A DNA stretch of 63,854 nucleotides, filler included, from Chiloscyllium plagiosum (Eukaryota): the NCBI RefSeq assembly GCF_004010195.1. It is 3 parts of one record of this genome, joined end to end, with 100 filler letters (N's around TTAATTAATTAA, not from the genome) between each part and the next. Parts side by side here need not be neighbours in the genome. Positions count along the whole stretch, not along the records: positions 1 to 26,957 come from NC_057716.1; positions 27,058 to 51,583 come from NC_057716.1; 1 more part is not named here. One strand, 5' to 3'. The translations under genes and the position numbers were made by a program. Numbering within the stretch: the first letter of the stretch is position 1; every line of letters begins with the position of its first letter. The notes under the pieces are model-generated. The model had not been told where the DNA came from. It saw only the letters and a program-made list of their open reading frames with translations, and did not search any database. Shown in pieces: positions 25,792-39,400 of this stretch.

Positions 25792-25896
25792 CTCCTTCAC
25801 AAACCACTGGCAGAAAGCAGGAGCAATCCACTCCCTGGCATGAATTCCGCAATCCATCCAGATAATCTTCTTGGGTTTATCGGATTTTTTACTGAT
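25792..25896 (-). CDS. CPO: Carboxypeptidase O, most 5' coding exon found (105 nt): [35 protein letters not shown]
   Basis: GIHARE holds Zn ligands His69/Glu72 (CPA numbering); acceptor tttgcag|ATC, donor GAG|gtgagt; phase 0-0. Confidence 0.95.
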
Positions 25897-26957
25897 CTGC
25901 AAACAAAACAAATGGAAGATGAAGGGGCCATTGGTTCTGATGTTGTATTTGTGTGAGGTAATTGGGATCACAGCATCTCGCAGGAGGAAGAATGATGTGT
26001 AGCAATGGCTCTGGTGCCAGTGCGATAGAATGACAGGCATTTGCCAGCTGGAAATTTCCAGTGTCCACTCAGAGACCAATATATTGGCTGGAGGAACCAT
26101 TGTAGAGGACATAAATAACCTTGTTACAAACTTTAGGTTTCCTGCTTGGATGATATCTATTGTCTTAATAACATCTTAAAATGTATACAACACATGTCTG
26201 TCATTCGCTGCAGTACAGCAGACCAAGACTATTTATATCTAATGGGTTCAGACAATCAAAGAGCTCCATTTGTGACCCAGTGATGTTCTGAAAGGTAATC
26301 TTCACCCCAAGGTACTAACTTCAAAGCACGTCCCTTCCAAATCCCAATCATTCCCAATTCAACTGGTATCTTTTGGAAATACAATTCTACCATTCCAGTG
26401 ACCAGGGTTGAAGTGAATCCCAAGATCTTGATATGAAAGTTTCCTTTTCTCAAAGGTGTGAGTAGGAGAGATGTTGTCACATTATTTTTGACTTCCTGAG
26501 ATTTGAGTTTCAAATCCAGTTATAGTCTAGAGGAACAAAGATCAAATTTCTCTGCAGGATGTTTAACGCCAACTAACTGAGCTCAGATAGACATGATAAG
26601 TGTATTCTCACATGCAGTATCAACTATTCATCTCAATTATACAACATTGTACTTGGCAAAAGTACCCTAAGTAATTGGGAAGCTGACTGAGATGATCCGG
26701 GGTAGAACATATGGGGAAGTATTGTCACATTGATTGTAAAAAGGTTGGTGGGGAAAATGAGGACGGCAGATGCTGGAATTCAGAGTCAAAATGTATGGCG
26801 CTGGAAAAGCACAGCAGGCCAGGCAGCATCCGAAGAGCAGGAGAATTGATGTTTCGAGCAAAAGCCCATCACCAGAATTGTAGTGGGGGGGGGAGGGAAT
26901 GGGGCTGAGAGATTAATAGGAGGGTGGAAGGTGGGCGTTGGGAGTGTGGGGTAGCTG

Positions 26958-27057
26958 NNNNNNNNNNNNNNNNNNNNNNNNNNNNNNNNNNNNNNNNNNN
27001 NTTAATTAATTAANNNNNNNNNNNNNNNNNNNNNNNNNNNNNNNNNNNNNNNNNNNN
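26958..27057. other. Assembly gap with artificial linker
   Basis: 44 N + TTAATTAATTAA + 44 N. Confidence 0.95.
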
Positions 27058-27600
27058 AATGTCGTTGGTTCCAATGTGGACAATGACCTCCTGCTGGTGC
27101 CTCTCCCCCGTGAGAACATTCTGCACCCTCTCTGATCCTGGTACCAGGGAAACAACACACCATTCTGCTTTTTCTCTGCTGGCCACAGAAACGTCTGTCT
27201 GTACCTCGGACTACAGAATCCCCTAACACAATTGATCTCTTGGAACCCGACGTACCCCTCGTTACATTAGAGCCAGTCTCAATACCAGAAACTTGGCTGT
27301 TCATGCTACATTCCCCTGAGAATCCATCACCCCCTACATTTTCCAAAACAGCATACCTGTTTGAAATGGGTATATCCACAAAAGACTCCTGCACTAGCTG
27401 CCTACCTCTCTTACCTTTTCTGGAGTTAACCCATCTGTGTGACTGTAACTGAGACTTTTCCCCCTTTGTATAACTGCATCCATCACATACTGTTACTGTG
27501 CAAATTCCTCATTGCTGCTAACTGTCTCTCCAACTGATCCATTCGATCTGATAAGATTTGCATCCAACAGCATTTATGGCAGATATAATCTGCAGTAACC
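27058..27600 (-). mobile_element. CR1 LINE ORF1 fragment (SGNH esterase-like), cut by a gap
   Basis: IPISNRYAVL, IVLGDSVVRGTDRRFCG..VCCFPG. Confidence 0.8.
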
Positions 27601-28207
27601 CAAACCTATAAGAATATAGCATTCATTTTGCTTTTTGCTCTTGAACACCTCCTTCCCTTCTTTCTCTACAGCCAAAAACCCACCATCTCTCCAGCTCCCT
27701 TCAGTTCGGAAGTCGTCACACTGGACTTGAAATGTTAACTCTCTCCACAGGTGCTCCCAGATCTGTTGAGTTTTTCCTGCAATTTCTGTTTTTAAAAGAG
27801 AAGAGCCTGCACCCAGATGGCTGCAGAACATGAGAAGAAATTGTCCCAAATGCACTCTACAAACTAATTTTCAAGGCTAACAGATTGAAGTCGGCAATGA
27901 TTGTTGCAACACCTTTGATTCTCCAGCCACAGACACCTTCTGCAGCTAAGTTCGCTATGGGAGTTTCTTATGGGCTAGTTAAAGTAATATGTTTTGGAGG
28001 TTATAAGGTACAGAAGTGAGAAGCTGTGTCTCACCATGGTGAAGGCTCATTGCCGGAATAACACAAGGGTCGCTGTACTCTAAAGAATGCTATAAGTAAC
28101 TCAAAAGACTCTGTGGCACAGTGGCAGTGTCCCTGCTTCTGGGCCACATCAACATTAATGTCCCACCAACCCCAGCAGTGAGTAATAACATGTCCAAACA
28201 GATCACT

Positions 28208-28264
28208 TCAAATTACATACAACTAAACCAAAGGTCAAATTACATACAACTAAACCAAAGGTCA
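28208..28264. repeat. Perfect 27-bp tandem duplication
   Basis: TCAAATTACATACAACTAAACCAAAGG x2. Confidence 0.9.
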
Positions 28265-28299
28265 GCTTGCGCCAACATTCTCTTTGGTGAGGAAGACCT

Positions 28300-28621
28300 A
28301 TAGATTAGATTAGATTACTGACAGTGTGGAAACAGGCCCTTTGGCCCAACAAGTCCACACCGACCCGCCGAAGCGCAACCCACCCAGACCCATTTCCCTA
28401 TATTTACCCCTTCACCTAACACTACTGGCAATTTAACTTGGCCAATTCACCTAACCTGCACATTTTTGGACTGTGGGAGGAAACCGGAGCACCCGGAGGA
28501 AACCCACGCAGACACGGGGAGAACGTGCAAACTCCACACAGAGAGTCGCCTGAGGCGGGAATTGAAACCGGGTCTCTGGCGCTGTGAGGCAGCAGTGCTA
28601 ACCACTGTGCCACCGTGCCGC
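28300..28621 (-). mobile_element. Full-length tRNA-derived SINE (HE1/V-SINE type)
   Basis: A box TGGCACAGTGG, B-box-like GGTTTCAATTCC, central GTGGAGTTTGCACGTTCTCCCCGTG domain, CR1-like tail, (TCTAA)n end. Confidence 0.88.
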
Positions 28622-28939
28622 CCACCTGTACTGACATGGTGCAAAATTTCACAATCAATAAAAGTAACCCAAAAGGTTTTCTACAGCATCACCACAAGAA
28701 TAACTGAATCTTTTTGGGAAGAATAAAAATCTTTGTGGCTAAGGATTATCAGCCCTTCCACAACTGTCTTTTCGAATGGCCATTTATTCAATTATATAAT
28801 CGGGAATTAATACAGTACAATCTATTGATATATAAGTTAGGTAACCTTAACAGCACATCATCAACAAGTGGCAAAATAAAAGTTTAAATTTGGCCTCTAT
28901 TTTAACAAACAAATTCTACAAGTTGCTCAAATCTAAATT

Positions 28940-29620
28940 CTCATACAGCATGGAGACAGACCGTTTGGTCCAACTTGTCCATGCTGACGAACAAGCCCCA
29001 TTTGTCTGCGAGGACCATATCCCTCTAAACCCTTCCTATTCACGTACCTATCCAAATATCGTTCAAATTTGTAACTGTACCTGCATCTACCACTTCGCTG
29101 ACAGTTCATTCCACATACAAACCATCCTGTGTGGAAACAGTGCCCCTCAGGCCCCTTTTAAATCTTTCTCCTCAACCCTAACATTATGCCCTCTGGTTGT
29201 AAACTGCCCTACCAGATGGAAAACGCCCTTGCTATTCACCTAATCTATGCCCCTCATGACTTTATAAACCTCGATAAGGTCATCCCTCAAATTCCCACAC
29301 TCCAGTTGAAGAATCGCAGCTTATCCATCCTCTCCTTATAACTCAAGCCCTTAAGTCCTGGCAACATTCTTGTGAATCTTTTCCGAACCCTTTCCAACTT
29401 AATAATATCCTTCCTATAGCAGGGCAACCTGAACTGTACACAGTACTCCAAAGGTGGTCTCACCAAAGTCCTGTAGAACCGCAACATGATGCCCTCATTC
29501 TATATCTAACGATCTCAGCAATGAAGGCAAGCATGCAAAATGTGTTCTTTACCATTCTGTCTACTTGTGATGCAACTTACAATGAATTGTGTACCTGAAC
29601 CCCAGGTGTCTTTGTTCTAA
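28940..29620 (-). mobile_element. CR1 LINE 3' fragment
   Basis: MLRFYRTLVRPPLEYCVQF..KLERVRKRFTRMLPG. Confidence 0.85.
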
Positions 29621-30308
29621 CACCCACTATCAGATTTTATTGGTGAGTCCTGTGAAAGGATGTCAGTCTTGATCAAGGTTAAACTACAAACCCCATTATG
29701 TCTCACCTAGAAATTATCAATAGAAACTTAGCACAATTCATTTTTTCTTATTCATCAAGGTGACATCCTGATGCTAACAGCAGAATGCCCTCTGTGCCCA
29801 TTATTCTCCACACATTAGTTTTTCTAAAGTAATAATGTGAATTATTTTCACATATAAAAGATCACCTCTGATTTAGCGTTTTATAACAGAAGCAGAAAGA
29901 AATAAAAGTTTGTATTGTTGCTTTCCCAAAATTTATTGCAATACACAAAGAACCATTGTCAGGATTCCTTACACTGTGCAGATCCAAGCTCATAAAACAT
30001 CTAGATTTTGAAAAATCTTGCATTAATACCAGACAAATTACACCAATAGTCAAACATCTCAAGATGCTTCACGGAAGAATAGTTCGACAGTCGCAAAATA
30101 TTCAGAAAAGTGACAAAAAGCTTGATCAAAAAGGTAACCTCTCAGGAACATCTAAAGGAGGGGGAGGGGGTTGAGAGACAGGAAGGCACTCCTGAGGTAA
30201 AAGCAATGACTGCAGATGCTGGAAACCAGATTCTGGATTAGTGGTGCTGGAAGAGTCCAGCAGTTCAGGCAGCATCCGAGGATAGGCAAAATCCAAGGAC
30301 AGGCAAAA

Positions 30309-30340
30309 TCGACGTTTCGGGCAAAAGCCCTTCATCAGGA
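30309..30340 (-). ncRNA. Minimal hammerhead motif (PLE family B)
   Basis: Minus strand UC-CUGAUGA-A-GGGC(UUUU)GCCC-GAAA-CGUC-GA; palindromic ACGU, GUC cleavage triplet. Confidence 0.72.
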
Positions 30341-30843
30341 AAAAAGGCAGAGAGCCTGAAGCGTGGAGAGATAAGCTAGAGGAGGGTGGGGGTGGGGAGA
30401 GAGTAGCATAGAGTACAATAGGTCAGTGGGGGAGGAGATGAAGGTGATAGGTCAGGGAGAAGAGGGTGGAGTGGATAGGTGGAAAAGGAGCTATGCAGGT
30501 CGGACAAGTCAAGGAGACAGTGTTGAGCAAATGTGGCTATAGTAGCGGTTTGTTTCAGGACATGGTTGAAGAGCTTCAGGGCAGAGGAAATGACCTGGGA
30601 GTTGCAGTGGGAGAGAGACTCCCTGAGATTCTTGTAGAGAGAGGAGGAAAACTTCTTACTGACCCTTGTAACACCTCACAACAAATACTCTGCCAATTTG
30701 AAGATGAGTTGTTTATTCCTACTTTGTTTTCTGTCCTTCGATCAATTCACAACCTATGGCAATATATTCCTCCCTATCTCATGAACCTTTCCCATACAAT
30801 ACAACCATTTCTGTGGTCCTTCATCAACTGGTTTTTCAGAATA

Positions 30844-31029
30844 CAAGTCGTCCTGCTATAACGCACATTTCGTTAATGCGAATTCGCTGTAACGCGATTG
30901 ATGAATTGGGACGCTGTTTCTAACGCGTAAACCTTTAAAGCCTATGTTGGCTATAACACGATTACATCGCCAACACTTTAAGTCCTGTTGCTATTTTTCT
31001 ATAACACAGGGTTGCACAAGAACTGACTG
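30844..31029. mobile_element. Probable Tc1/mariner (Tigger-like) MITE
   Basis: TA flanks (30842-43, 31030-31), diverged CA(A)GTC...GACTG termini, internal CTATAACG/CTGTAACG repeats. Confidence 0.5.
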
Positions 31030-31169
31030 TACGAATATATTACTGCACTGCTTTTCCTTTATCCACTCTGCTCATTTCATCCTCAAGTACTTGAATAGAT
31101 TTGTTTTCCCAGAAAATCACATCGACTGTGTCTGGTCATACTAGGATTTTCTAAGCACTCTGGTTCATA

Positions 31170-32360
31170 GGTAGGAATGCAAATTGTGAAAAAGCTCAAA
31201 AGGATATTACAAAAGGGATAGAGATAGGTTAGGTCACAAAGCAAAATTCTGACCAAATGGAGTATAATGTGGGAAAATGTTAAATTGTCCCTTTGGCAGA
31301 AAGAATAACAAATCATATGATCTAAATGTTGTGAGATTACAGAGCTCTGTGATGCAAATGGATCTGGTTCCAAGAGTATGCATTACTTACATTAGTATGC
31401 AGGAACAGCTAACAACAGAAGGAATGCTAATAGAAAGTTATCGTTCATTGCAAGGGGAATTGAATACAAAGGTTATACTTCAGGACACTGGTAAAACCTT
31501 AGTTGAGTACTGTGTACAGAATTGACCTCTTTAGAATTTAAATTCACGGGAAGCAATCCAAAGAAGATTTACCAGATTAATACCATGGAATGGGTAAATT
31601 GTCGTATGAAGAAAGGGTTGACAGCCTAGGTTTATACCCGCTGGAGTTAAGAATCACAGGCAACTTGATTGAAACATACAAGAATAAGTACTCCAAAAGC
31701 AGCCTCACCACTATCCTGTACAACTGCAACATGACATCCCAACTCCTCTACTCAATGGTCTGAGCAATAAAAGCAAGTGTGCCAAACATCATCTTAAAAT
31801 CTACCTGTGACACAACATTCAAAGAACTGTGCACTTGAACTCTACATCTCCCTTTTCGACAACAGTACCCAGGGCCCTACAGCTAACTGTACAAGTTATG
31901 CCTTTGTTCATCTTACTAAAATGCAAAACCTCACATTTATTCAAATTATGCTCTATCTGCCACTCCTTAGTCCATTGGCCCAACTAACCAAGATTCCTTT
32001 GTAATCTTAGATAACCTTCTTCACTGTCGACTACATCACCAATTTTGGTATCACCTGCAAATTTACTAACCATGCTTCCTAAATTAACATCCAAACTTTT
32101 TGAGGACCTGACCAAAAAAAAAGATGAACTGATAGAGCGGTAGACATTGTTTACATGGACCTTAGCAAAGCCTTTAACAAGGTTTCACATGGTAAACTGG
32201 TTAGTTAAGTTAAATCACTTGGGATTCAGGAAGAGCTTGTTAATTGGATACAAAATTGGCTTAACGGTTGGAGACAGAAAATGGTGGTGGAGGTGGAGGG
32301 TTGTTTTTCAGACTGGACGCCTGATGAATGCTGGGTCCACTGTTGTTTGTCATTAATATA
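31170..32360. mobile_element. Cluster of CR1 fragments in both orientations
   Basis: LVEYCVQ; reverse-strand FA-D region; GTTTACATGGAC..GCAAAGCCTTT RT motif. Confidence 0.65.
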
Positions 32361-35300
32361 AATGATGATGAGAAATCTATGACATGCTGTGCACTGCTTA
32401 TGTTTCTCAGGTCTTCTGATTTATATGGACTTACTCAGTTAAGTTCATAGCCCATATATAGCATAAGATGGAAGCTGTAAGTAACAGCAATTCATAAAAC
32501 AGTAACCATTTCCTATTGTGTGAAGGAAATCTCATGCATGTTTGTAGTGCTTAAATGCTCATACAGTAAGCCCTTGTGAGATATGCAGAAGCAAAGTGAC
32601 TAAAAATAGATTTGTTACCTAGTATGGTGACGAAACGTCTAAAATAAACCTTCAAGCTCGCAAGCTTACTTAGATTTCAATAATTATGCAGAACTTGTTC
32701 TACTAGCACTGAAGGTAGAAGTCAAAAGGTTGAAAAAAAAGTGACAATTTCTCAGCCATGAATGATACATCAAGATATGGTCTATAAGAACCTTGTGGTA
32801 TGTGAAGAATGCTCTTGCAGAAGTTAATTTAACCAATAATAGATTGCAACACTTTTCACACACTCAGAAATAAAATGTTATGAATAAAAGGTGGTACATA
32901 CTCAGCAGGTTGGACAGGACTGTTCTCAAAGAAGCTCAAAAATCCTATCCCTCAACTCTCCTTATTCAGGCTTGGTGTCAAATCTTGCTTGATAATGCTC
33001 ATGCGTATTATCTTGACTTCTTTTGTTACGTTAACAATGGCAATTAACTCAAGATGTTAGTGTTGAAAGAAGTAGAGTTGAAGTTGTAAGTTGGTGATCT
33101 TTTTGGTCAGAACTTGTTGTTAAAGATACAAGAAACTCTACCTTTGCTATGCTTAGGTGTGCCCCCAAGAAGGCAGACATTGTAGAAATTTTTCCACTGT
33201 ATTCCGACAATGGAGTATATGTGACAAAAGGAGTATATATAGAATAAATCCTATTCTTTGAGACAGAAAAAGAATCAACAAATATTGGAAGTGATTATTA
33301 ACATAATTTCATGAAGAACTTCAGATGACATATCAGCCTTCAGAGGCACTGTTGATTTTAAAAAAGGGCAGGCAAATGGCAGCATCCCCACTTCCACTCC
33401 ACCCTGCCATCACCATCACCAAAAAGCAGGTTCCACCACTCAATTAGATGATACACATTTAAACATCATCTACCTGATTTGGCTTCATAACCCTTCATAC
33501 CCTTACCTTTAAACAAATGTCTGTCATGAAATAATCAATTGACCTCAACCTAACAACCTTTTGAGAGGTGAGCCTGGGGTTTCATTAGAGCATGTGTAGA
33601 AAAAGTACTTCCTGAAATCACCTAAGTTTCAACTTTAAAATTCTCCTCCCTTGCTCAGAATTCTGCAACTCCAGCACGCAGCCCCATACTGCCACAGCCC
33701 CACCCAGAGGGGAATATCTTCATTCTATCTACCCACTCAAATCCTTTAATCATCTTAAGTGCCTCAATTAGATCATCCTTAATCACATACACTTGGTGAA
33801 AAGTAAGCCTAATCTATGGAACCTGCCTTTACAATTGAAGTCTTTTGGCCTTCTATATTTAGATTCTGGTGAACTTGCTCTTCTACTGCTGCAAGACAAT
33901 ACATCGTTCCATAGGTGTGGTATCTCGAATTAAATGTAACATTCAAAGTGGTGTCCAACCAGAGTCTTGTATAACTTCCAGCCTTTTGTAATCGAGACTG
34001 CTTGAGATAAATGTCAACATTTCCTTAGCTATTTTGATGTGTCCTCTTGATTTTGTAATTTTTGCACTTATATAACTAGACAGCAAACCATAGCAACTAG
34101 CAAATGCCAGAGATGAAGAAGAATATTTGGTGTACTACTACACCTTGTGTGGGGTGAGACCTGGAGCTGAAATCATATTTTACTTTCTGATCACTTGAGG
34201 TTGTGGTTTGTTCACATGATGACCATGAGAGAAACATAAAGCAAAAAGAGATAGTTTGCACGTGTGCAACTTCCCAAATGTCCACTGAACGTGCACAGCA
34301 GTGCAGAGGTCAAGACAACAGACAACAGCATAATGAAAAAAACCCATTAGGATCCTTTCTTCTTCAAAACAGCCCAGACCAGCTTAACATCGTAGCATTT
34401 GACCGCTTTCTAACTATCTTGATCTCAACTGCACCTACTGCAAACTCTCCCAGTTACTGATCCATGTTTGCGTATAGAAACATATTCTTGCATCTGTCCT
34501 TCAAGGCTCAGAACTTGTATCATCCTGTCCTCCATCCCAAGCAATCCGAAAGCATTGTTTCAGCTTTTGCTTTACTTTCCTTATTGTTAATTTATCAAAG
34601 CTGTTGACACAGAACACAAGTAGTAGAGCAATAAATCAACCGAAAGTAAAAAGGACTGCACATCCAGACATTCAGAGAAACTCACGAGGAGATCAAAGCC
34701 CCAGTAACCAGGGATTAAAATTCAGTGGATGGAGAAGTATAGTGTCATAGAATTGGCAAACAAAGTGAAAGAACCAAGCCAGGAAACTAGAAGTCATTTA
34801 TTGCCAGTGGTAGGAAAGCTACTTGAATCTTTGCTGAAAAAAACCTGCAGACAGATTATAATATGAATTGATTATCATGGTGTCTCCGTAGAAGGCTGAT
34901 TTTTAATCAACTGCATTAAATTATTTGACAAAGACAATGCAGTATATGTGGTCAATAGGGACTTTCAGCAACCCTTTGATAACAGTAGAAACACATGATA
35001 AAGATCAGACGCCTGGAGCAAAGTAGCAGAATCAACCGAAAGATGGTAGCAGACAAAAAGAAGGGAGGTTTAATTACAGTATCTCGGACTGGTGGGAAGT
35101 GGAAAAAGTGTAATGCAGGGATCACTGTTGTTCACTAAATACAGAATTAATCTGGATACAGAATTGGAGATCCAGTATCATAATTTTCCAAACAGACCAA
35201 TTTGGAATGTGCAATGTGGTGCACAGCAGCACAATAAAGTTAGTTCTAGTCAAACCTACACAATAGGTTGGTTAGTAGCAAATCAAATACCTTGTAGCAA

Positions 35301-36251
35301 AGTTTGAGTTTGCTTAATAGCAAGAATAAGGAGGTCATTTATTGCTTGAAAGGTAAGAAATTAAGTGGGATACAGGACCATAAGATCTTGAAATCGAGAG
35401 ATAAATTGCCAAAACAGCAATATAATTGATGAATGCCATGAAGGGTTCAAAGTAAGTACATTTCCACAGTAATGGGATTAAAGTACTGAGATACTGTTAA
35501 ATTCAGATCGAGCCTCAGTTAGACAAAACGTGGAGTGTCATATGCATGTGTAGTATCCATAATATAAACACTATATTTCTATTTTGTTATTTGTCCATAG
35601 GACAGGAGTGTCCTAGCATTTATCAATCACCCCTAATTGCCCTTGTGAAAGTAATGCTGATGTGACTTCTTGAATCACTGCAGTCTGTGGAGTGCAGGAA
35701 GACCCAAAGTGTTGTAAGGGAGGGAGTGCCAGGATTTTCACCCAGTGACACTAGAGGAGCAACAAGGCATTTCCAAGTTATGATGGTGTGGGGCTTAGAA
35801 GGGAACTTGCAGGTGGTGGTGTTCCCATGGATCTGCTGCCCTGTCCTTCCAGGTCAGCAGTTCTCAATCTTTTGCATCTGGTATGCCACCAATTATTTTG
35901 TCAAAAAATTCTAGTCTCACCATAATAAAACCAAAACCTCACTTCTTTTTTCACCTCAAAGAGTGTACTTTTACTTGCATATTGGTATTAGATTAACCAT
36001 AATAGAAATGTTTTATGACACAAGTTCAGTGATTTCACTGACAGTGTTGCATTGCTAACCTCCAAAAGAAATCAGAATGAGGTAATGATCTCATCATTAA
36101 TCAGAAAGCTGTGGATACTTTTCATTGGCAAGCATGTCAAATCTCAAGGTCCCAACTGTGCAACCTTTACTGGTTGAAAAAACATTATTCTAAATAGTAA
36201 AAGTTGTAAGTTTGGAAGGTGCTGCTGAAGGAGCCTAAGAAATTTATGGCA

Positions 36252-36412
36252 TGATTTGGAGATGCCGGTGTTGGACTGGGGTGTACAAAGTTAAAAATCA
36301 CACAACACCAGGTTATAGTCCAACAGGTTCACCTGATGAAGGAGCGTTGCTCCGAAAGCTAGTGTGCTTCCAATTAAACCTGAGGACTATAACCTGGTGT
36401 TGTCTGATTTTT
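36252..36412. mobile_element. 161-bp fold-back PLE family A mini-element
   Basis: Inverted 3' terminus of family A joined to a sense hammerhead-bearing piece; 12-bp TSD AAATTTATGGCA at 36240-36251 and 36413-36424. Confidence 0.85.
36330..36364 (+). ncRNA. Minimal hammerhead motif (family A) in a fold-back mini-element
   Basis: CAC-CUGAUGA-A-GGAGC(GUU)GCUCC-GAAA-GCUA-GUG. Confidence 0.75.
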
Positions 36413-39400
36413 AAATTTATGGCAGTGCACCATGGAGATGTGTACACTGCTGCCACTTTGTCAGTGGTGAAGGGAGTGAACATTGAAGGTGGTGGATGGG
36501 CTGCCAATCAAGCAGATTTCTAACATCTGCTTAAAATTTCACACTGCTCACAAATTATGGAGAAGTAGAATGAGAATAAGGGTCGTAAAGAATTTCTTCA
36601 CAGATAATGGCAGAGATTAAACTTGCAACTGAAAGAAATGACTCTTATACATGCATGAGCAAAAAGAGAATACAGATACGGGACAGGATGGGAACTGATA
36701 ATTCAATGGGAGGAAGAGCGCAGACTGGTTGCACGAATGGCCTGTTCCGTGCTATACATTCTATAAAATTTTTCATGTTTTGTTTCCCATTTTATTTGTC
36801 ACTTCTAAACATTTTGGAATGGAGAAACATGTTGCTCCAGGAAAGCGTCACCCAAAGCTTGTCAACTTCCCAATTGAAGTGAAAAGGAATAGCCCACCTT
36901 GATGGAAATGATAACCAACCAATAGGAGGAGATAGGTAGAAACATTTGTAATCATGCCATGAAACTTACAGGAGTATATCCAGCCAGAAAGTGCGACCCT
37001 AATCACGAGTGTAGACTAGTTTCCAACTTTGTGGCCTCTCATGCTCATGTATCTCATTCTTATCTTCAAATCTCTACATAGTCTCCTTTCTCCCAATCTC
37101 TGTAGCCTCTTCTAGCCCTTTAACCCTGAGAGATCTCTGAGCTCATATAATTTTGGTGTCTTGTGCATTCCCTAGTTTCATTGTTCCAGCTGTTTAAACC
37201 TTGAGCTCTGGTATTTCATCTCTCAACCGGATTTTCCAGTGCTCATTCCTCCATTCAGAATATTTTTAAATCTTTGACCAAGCCTGTCCTAATATTCCCT
37301 TATGTAGCTTGAATCAAAGCACATTCAATAAGGCTCCCACGAAGCACCTTTGGGCATCTTACTACATTAAAGGAGCTACATAAATGCAAGTTGTTGATAT
37401 TTATGTAGCTCTGCAATGTGATGAAAATACAAATCCTGGTTGCTATAATTTGATTTGTGCAAAGAACCACTCTCCTCACATGATGGAACTCTGAATGCCA
37501 GATGCTAACTATTCTGAGGAGATAAGTTTCATAACTTTAAACAGATTGATCAAATGCCTTACTGCTTTGCTTTTGCTGTAGGTGTAATATTTTGGGTTGC
37601 TGGAGTGTTGAGTGCACATATTTTTGCTCCAAATAAATACACACACTACAACAACAATATGGAGGGGTCCAGATCTAAAGGTGGTGATTATGTGAATTGT
37701 TGCATTGGCTACAGCTCAAATCTCCAAAATTTATCCTAATAGTTTCAATAAAAGCCTTTACTCTCCATTGTAGTACTGGGAGAGTTTTCTTCTTTATCAG
37801 CAGCATTCTGGAATCAAGGAGGACTTGCCTCCAATCTAGTTTTATTGATTTTTGACTGGTCCAATATAGGGGACCTACAGACTGTGCCACTTCCAGAGCA
37901 GGTGGTCGATTTGGAGGATTGAGACTTCTGTCCAACACCTCGACTGTCTTTCTGCATGCCTCTCACAAAGTCTTGCAATGTGCTCGGCACCCTCAAGAAT
38001 AAACCTTCTCCCCTTTTGGTTAGCCACAGGCTACAGAATTCTTTGCATCAGTGGGTCATGTGCTACATTCCCTATAATTTTGTTTTCAATTTTCAAGATT
38101 CATGTGTGGCAGAAGTTTCCAGAACCAGAAGTCAATATGCTAGCATGATGATCAGCACGTGCAGGCCCTCCAAGTGACTGTGGGTTCCTCAGCTTTGAAG
38201 GAATATTCGAGGTGTGATCTTTTTATGGACGCTTTTAAAATATCCCTAATGTGTTCCTGTCTTCCTGAGTGTCTCCTGCTGCAATGGAAAGAAATTGATT
38301 GGGCTACACGGTTGGAGGTGCTTACTTTTGGACGAGGTTAATCGGCGATTCACATTTATCTCTCAGATAGATGTAAAAGAGTCCGGGATCTAAGCTGCCA
38401 ACAAGATTACTAAAAGCAGATTAGCTGTGAATATAACTTTACAGTCGGTGGTGGCTTGCTCAGTACAATCTGACTGCCATGTTTTTAACATTACAACAAT
38501 GACCATAATCCAGAGTACTTTACTGCTTCAACAAAGCACTTTGGAAAATCTGAGGTTGTGAGAGACATTAAATAAATTTATCTATTCCATCTGTGTTTTC
38601 AATAGCTTTAAGTTAGAAGAGGATTCAATCACTAAGCAACATTACATATTAACAGAAGTCGTGGGAAACAAGTAATCAAGTAACAAAACCATCATGAGAT
38701 TATACATCTTGTAATCTTATTCTTTTGGATCTTGAAGTCATTGTAAGATTGACTCTCAATGTTATTTCACGTTTCATTTGCCTCCTCATTTCACTTGACA
38801 AATTCCTGCACAAGATAGGTTTCACATTGTAAACTGACAGGAAAAGTTGTGATCCCAGCCTAAAATTACAGGACTGCATTTCTTCGGCTGCAGTACACAA
38901 CTGCACAGGAACGAGTTGGACTCCCTGAAGAGTGCACTCCCCGCTCGTGTACAACATTTACACAGAATTGTAGCATACCTGGTGTTGTGCGCATGCAAAG
39001 TAGCAGAGAAATGACAGGCAAGATGAAAAGGTCAAAAACTCAACACGCATATACCAAAGAGTCTGTTGACAGGAGTTGGTGAGTGATGTCCTGATGCCCT
39101 ATGTAATGGGTGGTTAAGTGGCTGTGCCACTGCACAAATTAGATGTAAAAGAGAGATGTACGATTTAAATCACGAACAGAGCATTGAATCACTCCTGGAA
39201 GAAAATGCATCCATCAGCAGAGATTTAGAATAGATGCAGAAGATAGTGCATTTTAAGGAATGTAACTAGGTAAGACTACTCAATTCTTCAAAATACCAGG
39301 TAAATGGACCAAGATCTCTCAAAATGTTATCCTTCAACCTGTTCTATAAATAACTGCTACTTGTGTCAAATGCTCTCAGACCTTTACAGCTCTATCATTG

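Noticed and set aside
27002..27013. Palindromic TTAATTAATTAA inside N runs (also 51628-51639)
   Set aside because: Identical 44N-12-44N layout with stops in all frames indicates an artificial scaffolding linker.
28208..28264. CRISPR-like or functional array
   Set aside because: Only two adjacent units with no spacers; a simple tandem duplication in eukaryotic DNA.
28550..28621. tRNA gene
   Set aside because: A/B boxes belong to a SINE head continuous with SINE body and tail.
38979..39050. MRVEFLTFSSCLSFLCYFACAQHQ|gtatgc (minus strand) as CPO signal-peptide exon
   Set aside because: Weak hydrophobic core, phase 0 donor where M14A first introns are typically phase 2, and no connecting exons found.
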